The notes beneath the pieces are model-generated. The model saw nothing but the letters and a program-made list of their open reading frames with translations. It made no database searches and was not told the origin of the DNA. Positions 18,236-30,200 of a stretch of 64,000 bases of DNA are shown piece by piece. This DNA is from an uncultured virus (IMG/VR IMGVR_UViG_3300030109_004479) (lineage: Duplodnaviria; Heunggongvirae; Uroviricota; Caudoviricetes): the IMG/VR virus record IMGVR_UViG_3300030109_004479, positions 1 through 64,000 of that record, one strand, 5' to 3'. The position numbers and the translations under genes were made by a program. The stretch's first letter is position 1; every line of letters begins with the position of its first letter.

Positions 18236-21200
18236 ATGGCTGAAAAAAACAATTTTTCTGACTTTCTCCCTTCTTCAAATAAAGATACTACAGGTAAGTC
18301 TTTACAGTGGGGGCCTAAACAAAAACTAAATACGTGGCAAGGAGGGTCTTATGATCAATATCTAGACTACGTTTTTGATTACACGGTAGATGCAATAGGC
18401 TCAGGGGACTTCGATCAAAATAGATTTGATGGAATAATGAGTGCTTCTTATGAAAAAGCTAAATCAATAGACCCAGAGAAGGCACAAAATTTCAACGATT
18501 ATAAAAGTTCACTATTTTCTGATGATGTTCCTTTTGAAAAAGAAGCTGCTTTATATGAAAAGTTAAACACTTTTAATCCTAATATCCATGACCAAGATAA
18601 AGTAAATTTTTTTAAAGCACACCATGTTGATCTTTATGGTGAAGATAAAGAAAACCAAACTCCTTTTTCTAAAAGAAAACCTGTAGGAGAAAATTTATCG
18701 CAAGAAGAACAAGTATACGCTGCGACTCGTGATCATTTTGATTCTTTAAAAAGAGAAGTCACGGGTGAGTTTTCTGAAAATAGGTTGCCTTTTTCTTCTT
18801 ACTATGATGAGGAAGGTAAAAGACAAGTTAGCGTTGCATCTACACAATTTCTTACAAGTAAATTTCCAAACTTTAAAAATGCTTTCAATAAAGCTTTAGA
18901 TAGTGGAGCTATTTCAAAAGGAGATTTATTACGCATAGCCCCGCAGTTGCAGTTTTACGGTGATTTCAAAAAGACAGTAGATGAAATACAAAGAACTAAT
19001 AAAAACGTAACAGCGGTACAAGATAAATTAGTAGAGCTGAGAACTGCGGCTAATAATATTAAAGAACAAGAGGGCTTTGATAGGGTAGGGCCTGACGATC
19101 TTTATGATTTTAGAGCGAGATTCAAAGGAGACTCGGAGCGCAGAAAGGTTATGAGTGAACTAGCCCAACAAAATGTTGAGGCTAGTAAAGCGTTATCTGC
19201 GATAGAAATTTTAGTTCGTTTAAACGATTTAGAGTTAAAAGAAAAAGCTGCTGTAGATGCAGTTACAGCTACAGATTATTTTGTTCCTGTTAAAGGTTTG
19301 TTTTCTGATGCTTTCAAAGCAAGTTTTAAACGCTCTGTAGGAGATAGGTTTGATACGGCTATTAATTATATTGGCTTGGGTAGTGGGCGAGAAAATATTT
19401 TTAGAAATAGGATGCCTTTAGATCCTCTAACTATCAATGCCGATAGATTAATTAGTAGGCTAAACCAAGAAGAGCGTGAGTTTTTAACAAACCCCAAAAA
19501 AATAGCGGATTCTTTAAGAGCCGCTGTACCTTCATTAAAGGATTCTTCTGATGAGGAGATACTAGATAGTATGTTTCATGTAGTGGGTTCTGCGTTAAAC
19601 AACTCAGGAGCTTTAAATTATTTTAAAGATGACAAACAAAGATATTTAAATATTAGGAAGTTCGCTGACTTTGGTATATCTGCCCACCCTCAGTTAATGC
19701 TAAACAGAAATGTGTTTGAAAAAGCTGTAGCCCAACACCCTGAGTTAGATGAGCAGGAAAAAAAGTTCTTAAAAGAATCAAGAAAAGATTATTTAAATAA
19801 TACTTATAATAATTCTGTTAGGTTAATTACAGAAGCAGGTAGGGGAGGTAGGCAAATATATAAAAGTTGGACGAAGTATCTTGAAGAAAACTTAAAAAGC
19901 TCAACAGATAAAAAGAAGTATGAAATACTCGACGACTTTTTAGCTGATGAAGATAACTATAGTGAGCTTGCTGCTTACGGGGAAGCCTCAATAAAAGGCA
20001 CTGTAGATGGAGGGCTCTCCGTAGTTTTTGGATTAGGGGCTCTTTTGGGCAGCGAAGGAGCTTATTACAATTATGAAAAAGCAAGACAACGGGTTAATAA
20101 AAGAAAAGAGCTAGCAGCTTTGTTTGGGGAAGATGGCAAAATTCTAGAAGCATTTAACATACTTCCTGAAGTGGGTGTTGATATTGCACTGACTGGAGGA
20201 ATTTCAGCGGTGATTAAAAAAGGAACCACAAAACTTTTAACGAAGCAACTTGCTTCAAAGGGGTACAAGATATCTTCAAACGCTGCTACGAGCAGAGCCT
20301 TAAGAGATGCTTTTTTAACTACAGATTCTAAACTTTTAAAAGATAAAGCCGCTCGTCTTATCCTTGATAAAGATGGGTTAGTTCCGTTAAAGGGATCGTC
20401 TACTAACGTTATAACAAAACTTGTTGATGATTTAACTGCAATATCAGGAGGTAAAACAAACAAGCTTACAGATTTAGGAAGAGTTGCTTTTAGTGTAGGA
20501 GCACCCGCAGGAGTTAGATCAGCAAGCATGTCTTATTACACTTACATGGATGCAATGCCTGACTCCATGACGTATGAGGAAAAGAGAGAAGCCGCTTTAG
20601 GGGGTGCTCTCTTTAGAGGTTTAATTACTGCTGGAATCACTATTGGCTTTTCTGTAGCAGGTAAAGGAAGTGTTGAATCCTTTGGTGCTAAAAGAATGAG
20701 AACCATTCACGATATTAAGGGGATTAGACACGCAAGAGCTAGTTATAAAGAGCTTATCAAAATGTCTTCTGCTACAGATAAAGCAGGAAATTCTTTATTA
20801 AATAGAATAGTAGCAGAGGTTGCGGCTAAAACAGGAAGAGAAGGTTTAAGCAAGTCTATTGCTCACGGACTTACTGGATTAGTCACAAAAAAAATACCAT
20901 CAGCTTTTAGAAAGTACGTGCTTCCTGAGAGTATAGAGGAGGGACTAGACGAGTTTTTAGGGAGCTTTGTTGATCAGAAAGTTTTAAATGAAAACATTTC
21001 TTTCGGAGACAGGATGGCTAATACAATACACGCTTCCGTCTTAGGAGGGTTTATGGGAGGAGGCATACCTGCAATAGCTACTTTAGCAGCCAAAGTTAAA
21101 AGTAAATTAAAGCTAGGCCCTGATGAGTCAGCAATAACAGAAGCAGTATATAGAGAAGCTGTTGATGAGGTTATAGCTGAAGCCGCAGAGATTAATGAAA

Positions 21201-24200
21201 AAGCAGCAGCACTGCGGGAGAATGGGGCTCCCCTGACAGCTGAAGTTTTAGAACAAAACAGGAGGCAGCTTCTTTCTGGTTTTGTTAAAGACCCTGTAGC
21301 ACCAGCAGGTTCTTTTAATATGACTACTACTGCCAATACTGTTATTGATGCAGATAGAGATCCTGAAGAAGTAGTAACGGTTTTAGCAGAAGACATTACA
21401 GGGATGTCTGAGATAGAAACAAAAGAAGGATCTAACTTATATCAAGTAGAGTATGTGCCTAAAGATGGTTCTGGAGAAGTTCGTGTAGCTTATACTAAAG
21501 ATGCTAGCGTAGCTAGAGTTAGTGTTAGGAAGAAAAAAGTAAATGATAGGCAGGAGTCTTCTCTTGTAGAAATAGTAGACTATCCTTTGATTCCAAATGT
21601 AACAGATCAAGCGGATCAATTAGCCAAGCAAGAAGGAATCCAATTAGCAGTAGATACTTTTGTAGATCAAAATAGGGTAAGCCTAAAAAATAATGACATA
21701 ACAGTAGTTACTGATCCGTCAGAGGATACACTGATACAATTAGGTTTAGATATAGATCCTGAATCTGAAAAATACCAGAGCATAACGGGCAATGAATATT
21801 TCGTTGATATTACCAATGAAGGAAAAGTTGTTTTGGTTTTAAACACAAACAACATAGCGGAAACATCTTCCTCTATTCCTAAAGCAAGAAGGTCTAAGTT
21901 TGTTAAAAGTTCTTTTGTCGAATCAATGGCTGCTGCTTTTGAATTAGTATCTAGCAGAAATAAATTTTTACTTTTAGATCAAGAATCTACAGGGACTCTC
22001 AGCCTTAAAGATTTCATAACCAGAGAAAGAACAGCAATCTATGAAGAGATGAGCCCTTACGAAAAAGACAGGGCTGCTTCTTTTGTTTTAGGGGAAGATC
22101 TTGTTGAGGGGTTAGAAAGTAAAGTAACAGATAAAGAAATTCTAGTTGCTGCCCACATTAATTCACTGGTTCAATTTGAATTATTGGGAGGTACTAAAGA
22201 AGTAGAAAAATCTGCATGGGGAGGTAAAGCACGAGGAGGAGCATTATCAAATTCAGTAAAAGAAAAACTCTTAGATATATTAGATTATTTAAGAGCTGCT
22301 GTTAAAACTGCACAAGATACTTTTAGACCAGTTATTAGAGAGTACATCAACAACATATCCGATAAGTTAACTTCAGAGTTTTTTACTGAATTAGAAAAGA
22401 TTACTCCTGAAGAGTTTAGTAAAATAATTGAAAACAACGAAGGCGTAGAGGGAGCTCAAGGGGAGCAAGGAGTAGAAGGTGTTGAAGGAGTAGAGTCTTT
22501 AGAAGACATACCAGTTGCCTCTCAAACATCTATACCTCAAGTAATAAACGTTTCTTCTGCACCTTCTCTAGATATCCCAATCGTAAAAAGTTTAGACTTT
22601 AACGTACCCCAACCTGAAAAGGCTGGCGTAGTTCACGGTCTTAACCAAGACACAGGGGATACTGTCGTCATCGAAGGACTGAGCATAGACGAAGCTCAGA
22701 CATATGTAGAAGGAGTATCTATAGTTAATAGCAATAACCCTGATTTAATAGAACCTACAAAAGTAAATAACTTATTACTTGAGGAAGGGTCAGATTATAA
22801 TTCTGATGCCAATACTAAAGTAGCTTTAGTTTCTTCAACTAATTCTGTAGCTGTAGATTTAAGTGATGTAAGAACCGATGACGATTTGTCTCCTTTAAGA
22901 GAAGCTATACTTCAAAACCCTTTATTTTCAAGGATGATACTAGAGGGAGAATTTGATGGGAACAACGTAGCTTTTGTTATTAAGATAAGACAAGGCCAAC
23001 CCCCTGTTTTATTGGCAGTTCCAAAGTCTGTTGATTTTAGCAGAAACTTAACAGAAGAAGATATAGTAGCTCTTAAAGAAGCTGATCCTGTAGGAGTCAG
23101 AATAGGAAGACTGTCTGATCCTGTTAAAGAAAAAATAGCTTCACACATAGAACAATTAGCGGATAAAGGTTTAGGTATTCGTCTTTTGGATGGGCTGCCT
23201 GTATCAAACGTTAACCCCGAAGTCCAAGACCAAACAGATTTAGATGTTCAGTTATCTTCTATATCTTCTCCAGAAGAAGTTGTTGAGCCTACAAAAGAAG
23301 GCGTAGCCGACATAGATCCTGATGAAGCTGAAGAGGCTCCCGACATAAAAGATAAAGCTATCAAAAAACAATCTCGTTTAGCAGATAAAATCTTACGCTC
23401 TGTAAAGAGGAGATTATTAAGAGAAGGAACTCAAGCTTACGAAAGTAATGGAGAGCCTTATGTCGCTTGGTACGACTCTGCTAGAAAAGCTATAGGTATT
23501 AATTCTGAAATGGTGAAAGATTTGCTAGCGCAGAACAAACCAGCTGCTGGTAAAGCTATAATAAATCTAGCTATTGATGAAGAATTAATTCATCAAATAT
23601 CTTGGGAAACTTTAACATACAAAGAAAGACAGAACGCCATAGAAGAACTTGTCAACGCTGACAAGTTAGGAGCTAACGCTCTTATCAGAATGGCTAAAGA
23701 ATACAATGAGCCTATAAAAGGGTACCCCGTTGAAAAAGTAATAACGTATTTACGTATGGGTCAGCCTGAGTATTTAGACTTACCCGAAGGTGTAGAAATA
23801 AATAATAAGAACAGAGCTATTAAAGAAAGCTTAGAAGAATATTTATTTGAAGAGCTTGTAAGAAAACATGTTTCTTTGGTTAGTAGACGAGGCTCTACAG
23901 AAACTGATTTTGATTGGCTGAGGATTAAAAAAAACCAAGGAATACTATCTTTGTATAAAAAATACATAGAGAACTTTTTGATGGGTAGGATTAGATCTAA
24001 AAACCAGCTCAACAAAGATTCTAAGATGGGGCCTTATTTTGAAATAGCTGTTAACAAAATAGCTAGTGAGTTTAAAGCAGCTAGACAAGGATTCCGTAGG
24101 AAACCTGACCCTACACAATTAGATGATTTAGATATAGACTTAGGAGTCTATGGAAAACAAAACACTTTAATAGGTAATGAGATAAACACAGTCGCTCCAG

Positions 24201-27200
24201 AAGAAGAAGAGCGAGAGGAGTGGATGTCAGAAATAGACCCTGAAGAAGTAAAGAGAAACGTTGTTGTTGGCAAGACTGTAGGTACAAGAAGTCCTTCTGC
24301 AAAAGGAACAGAAGGTCAGGGGGCTGACCCAAACAATCAGGTAGATCTAGCATCTTTAAGATTAAACCCTGAAGCGTACAAAAAGAATGCACTTGTTCTT
24401 TTAAATTTCCCTATAGTTGCAAAAGAATTTTCAGGAGATCCTTTACTAGGAAAAGTAAGGAAGGCTAAAAATCCTGTAGACAAAGCAGAGATTAAAAAAG
24501 AAGAAGCTATACAAGACATAGCACAATCTAAAAAGAAACTTGTAAGCGATTTAATAAGTTTTAAAGTAAAAGAAAAATCAGATCAACTTAAACCTGAGAG
24601 AAAAGAAAAAGCTGACGAAGCAAGACAATCTTTTAAAGATTCTGAGAAAGCTTCAAATAAACTGAACTCAGATGTTAAGAGATTAAGGACTTCTCTTACA
24701 CGAGCTAAGAAAAATTTAAGAGCTTCTATTAGGAAAGAAGTTAAAAATATAAATTCTGAAATAAGGAAAGCTTCTGCTGTAGGCAACAGTGATAGAGCAA
24801 AAGCTTTAGAAGAACAAAAAGCAGAGATTGAGTCTGTGCTTTTAGAAGAAAGTAAACCAGCTATTCTTATTGAGGAATTAAATTCTAAAATAGAAGATTT
24901 ATTACGCAAAGGAGCCAGACTAAAAGGCAATGTTAGATCAGCTAAAACTGTTATGAACAGTGCTCTTAAAGAGTATAGCAAACCTAAAGTCCTTAGATCT
25001 GAAATAAAAATATCCTCTGCGAAGGCAGTAGACATTATTGAAGAGTTGGCTCAAGATATTAAAGACGGAAAGCCTGTTAGGGTAGGAGCTAAAAGTTTAA
25101 TTGTTAAGCTAGAAGCAATTAAGAAAAAAGAAAATCAACTCACTAAGTTTAGTGCAGACCTTAAAACTAAAACAGATAGACTGTCCTCTAAGCTAAAAGC
25201 TTTAGCAAAAGCTGAAAGATCTTATCCGATAGAACAAGCAGACAAAATTTATTCTTCTTTAAATGATGTAGCTACTAAGAACTTAGGCATCCTTATAAGG
25301 ATGTTCCCTCAAGACTTGAGAGTGTTCGCTTCTCTTTGGTATGATGGTGCAAACTTAATAGCCAACAGGTTTGCTGATGCTTACAATATTTCTTTGGAAC
25401 AATCATCAGCCATACTAGCTGTTAATAGCCCACAAAAAGACTGGTATATGAACGTCGCTTTAGCAGAACGGACAATGCATATATACACTGCTCGTCAGGG
25501 ATATGTTTTTGATTCATCTATGGCTAATAACTTTTTAAAAAGAGCGGGAGAGCCAGAATTAAAAACAGATAAAAATGGTAATTCTTATTACGAAGGCAAC
25601 GCAACTCCTGTATATGATGACGAAGGAAACCACGCAACAGACAGCGAGGGCATACTTCAATTTAATAATTGGGACAGCCAGAAAGCTAAAGACAAAAGAG
25701 ACAAAGAAGCTAAGATATTAAATCTTGGATTAAGAGGTAAAGCACTTAAAGACATACAACCTATATCTTTTAATTTTAAAGGTAAAAAAGTTTCTTACAG
25801 CAAAGAAGCACTGCAAGCTCGATTTGTAAGGATGTTCTCTGAAGCTACAGCAAACACATCTTTTAGAGACCCTAAGACTTTTAATGTTATCAGACCTGAT
25901 GGAGCTATCTTAGATAGACCTACTTTATCAGACAAAGGTAAACCTCGTTCTATAGCGTGGGGTAGTTACTCTACTATAGAAAAGTCGATTAGAATACTAG
26001 AAGCTCCTCAAGATCAAGAGATGGAGTCTGTATCTAAAGAACTGGGGCTCATGCATAAAGTCCGTTCTTTTTACAATAACATCGCAGACCCTTCAAATTC
26101 TTCGGGTCATGTTACTATGGACACACACGCCATAGCTGCTCTTTTACTAAAACCTGTCAGTGGAAATAGCACTGAGGTTACTCAGAACTTTGGTGGTAAG
26201 GGAACATCATCTGATGCTACTTTGGGGTTGAGTGGATTGTACCCTGCTTTTGCTGAAGCATATAGATCAGTAGCTTTCCAAAACGATTTGTCGGGAGCTA
26301 ACTATTTAGTTAGAGAAGTTCAATCAATAACATGGGAAGCGGTCAGACAATTGTTCCCACCTAAATGGAAGAGCAATAAAAACCACGTAAGGGTAGTAGC
26401 AGAAATATGGAATGACTATGAACTAGGAGATATTACTTTTGAAGAAGCTCAAGAAGATATAATAAAGTTTGTTCAGACTTCTAAGGCGAAAGGTATGCCT
26501 GAAGAAGAAGCGTTATCTGTAAGCGAAACGATAGACTCCGCTAACCTCAAAAGAGGTATAGGTGTAGGAAGACCTGACTGGGGGCAAGCTGCTCCATTGA
26601 CAGTTAAAAAAGGTATAGAAAAACCAAAACAATTTAGTTCTATATCTTGGCAAAACTTAGACGCTAAATACAAAAAATTAGCTAACACTAAAAACGTACA
26701 AAAACACGCAGATCAATTATTTAATTTATTGAGAGAAGCTTCCGACCAAGCAGAGAAAAGAATACCAAATTCATTTACTTTTCAAGCTCCTGATTTTAGA
26801 TCGGGTGGTATTGAAAGAGATATTGAAGTTGTAAAAAATCCAAAAGGAGATGATTTACTTAAAGGAGAAAACAAATTAAGCAGAGATTTCATACTAACAC
26901 CCGCCAACAAATATGCATTTACTCCTTCTCCTTCTATATATGTTTCAAGAGCGTTAGGGCTTCAAGAGTTTCTTCTTGTATCTGAAGTGATAAAAGAAGA
27001 TGGCTCTCTATTAGTTACAATCAGAAGTGGTACAACAGAACCTTATTATCTTTCAGGAGCAGGACTAGAAACTGCAAGGAGATTCTATGGGGAAGAAGCA
27101 GAAATAGTTTTTGATGTGGGGGAGGATTCTTATAACGAATCTCTAGCTGAACAAATAAAAGACTTGTCTCCAGTTAGATACGAAGGGGGGAGTGTAATGC

Positions 27201-30200
27201 CTTTAACTTTGAGGCTTGCACCACTTCAGGATGATCTTAAATATGAAGAAGTTCCTGTTGATGACGACTTAAATAGGTTAGCTCAAGTAGAAAACACATT
27301 GCGTGATCCCTACGATCACGCATCAAGATACGACGAGCATGGTTCAGCTATGGTTTCTGTAGATGACAAATTAAATACAAATATAAGAAACATTTTAGAA
27401 ACCGTAGTTAATACTAAAAATGTTAAAACTGGGGAGCCTACTATATTTAAAGAAATGGCTCAGACTTTACTCGAAACTTTTTCCGACGATCTTTTAAATG
27501 TCCGAGTTAGGAGATCTGATAAAGATCATTCTTACTCAAGTCCTGCTCGTGGGATTTTCTTAGCCAACCAAGAGACACTTAATGTTCCTTCTGATTACCC
27601 AAACGCTATAAAAGAAAGTGTTACACAAAAATTAGAAACACTTACAGTTAAAGAATGGTTGCACTCAAAATTCAAACACCCAATAGATGCGATACTAAAT
27701 TGGGACGGAATAAAAAAAGGGTTAGAATATGAAAACGATAATTACTCTGCGCTCGATGAAACCCCTGACATAAATGATTACGGAGATTATTCTGATCTTT
27801 CAGACGAACAAAAAATTATTCTTGAAAGGTTTGTAAAATATTATGCAGGGGATAGAGAAAGTACTGATAAGGATCATCTTAACTTTAAAAAGAAACCTGA
27901 ACTTCAAAAAATTATTAGCTGGAATAATGTTGAAGATTTTACTAGCTCTGAATTTTTTCTTAATGAAGGCAAAAATTTTGCAGCTGATAAAACAAAAGTA
28001 AAAACAACAGCCAAGTTTATATTAAAAGGTGTGACCCCATCAACTGTAATCCATGAGATTATGCACCAAGCTACCCAAAGGCAGTTTGATAAATTTATTG
28101 AAAGTAAACTCCCAAGAAAAGACTTAGATAAAAAAGCATTAAAGAATGGGTATAAAAAAGTATCCGAAGATCAGAACACACCTCAGCCTATACGGGATAT
28201 ACTCAAGCTTTACTTAACAGCAATAGATTACGGAGACACTTATCTCTTAAAAAAATCAAACTTTGGTTTTGATGCGCCATCTAAAAGAACTACTTATGCT
28301 ACGTCGGCTATGAGTAACTATAATCCTACTTCCAAATCTACTTTTTATGGGTTAGGAAATATAGACGAGTTTGTTGCAGAGGCTTTTTCTAATATTGAGT
28401 TTCAAGAATGGTTAATGTCTATTCGTGACCCTGAGGCTGATGCAAAAGGAGAGAGCAAAAGTCTTTGGGATAAGTTTGTTGATCTTATAACAAATCTTAT
28501 TAACAATTTTAGATTAAACCCAGATTATGTCTCTTCAAGAGGAGTTCCTATTCGAGAGTCTCTTCTGAGCTCAACAGTAAAAGCTGCCTTAGAAGTAGCT
28601 TCAATGAATAGGTATGTTGATCCTGAGCTATACACAGCAGAGCAATGGGCTACTACGTCGGGGGCCAAAGCAGCAATAAAAGAAGCAAAGGCATTAAAAG
28701 CACAGAAAAAGGTTAAGTCACCAAATCCTCAGAGAGTTGCTGACGCTGATCCTAAGTATGGCATTTTACGTATAGAAGCGTTGGGGTTAAACAAACCCCA
28801 TGCTACAAGAGAGTTCTTAGATAAGAACTATAATTTAAAACAAGAAAGCAGTCAAAACACTCAACGGCCTAATACGGTTGAAACATATAGAAACTTGTGG
28901 GATTTCATCGAGGGAACAGCTGAAGAAACATATAATAGAGAAGCTGCTGAGGATATAGTTAGAGGTAAATCATTTAAAGACTACACGTTTAACATTTTGG
29001 ATTGGGGTTCAGGAAAAGGTTTAGGATCTCCCGCTCTAGAAGAACTTTCTAAAAATAGTTATGTACGTAAGGGAGGAAAGATGGGAGGAGAATGGGGAAC
29101 AGATTTTGCATTTAATTCTTTGGAACCTTATTTCCAAGATGCAGAAGGATCTGTTGCTCCTACTCTTAAAAAGAACCCGCCCGCTGAGTCTCAAGATTTT
29201 ATTATAAACAACGTAGTTATGAACGTTGTCACGGCTGACGAAAGAGTTGAGATTTTAAAAGACATTTATAAATCTTTAAAAGAAGGAGGCAAGGCAATAG
29301 TAACTGCTCGTAGTGTACTTGATGTATTTAATACTAAAGGTCTTACAGTGGTAGGCCCTGCTGAAATCGTAACTAAAAATAGTTTTCAAAAAGGTTTCAA
29401 CAGTGAAAGTCTTAATGCTTTTGTTAAAGAAGTTTTGCCAGAAGCTATAGTAAATATTAAAGGATCAAAAACTTTTGATGTAAGAATTAACCCAGAAGCT
29501 GTTTTAATTGAAAAGCCTTTTGCGGCTGGTGCAGATGTGGCTTCGGATTCGGAACAGGGACTACAGTACTCGAAAATTCGTTCAGGAGATTTGCGTAATA
29601 AAAGGCAAACTATTTACAGTGTTCAGAAAGAAGCCGAAGCATCAGCAGAATATTTTACTCCAAAGAAGTTACAAGAACTTAGGAAATTAATTGAAAGCAA
29701 TGTACCCCCTGAAATTATTAAAGGAGCTTCTTTAACTTCCTACACAAATACATTTAGGCTTGGAGGGCATGTAGAACTTGAAAGATATATAAGAAACAAT
29801 TTTTCAGGAGAAGACGCTATTAAGGCTATAGAAAAAATTACAGGTAAACCTAACTCATCTAAGACTCCTCCTCTTAGAAAACCGTACACGACCATTCGTC
29901 AGATAGGTGGAAAATCTTTTAAAGATTTTATGCAGAACTTTTTTACCCCTTATTTAAATGGTAAAGCTGATTCTAAGATTATAAAACTTATAGAAGATAA
30001 TGTTCCTGAAAACATTATTAAAGAAGCTAAAGAAGTTGAGCCTCCAAGGAAAGTTGATCTTGTTGTAAAAGGAAATTGGACAGGCGAAGAAGCTGTACAA
30101 GCAGTAGAAAAAATTACAGGTAAACCTAACTCTTTAAAACCAACTACCCTTAAAGCTAGACAAGAACCCAGATCTTTAGGTGGAGAATCTTTAAAGAATT

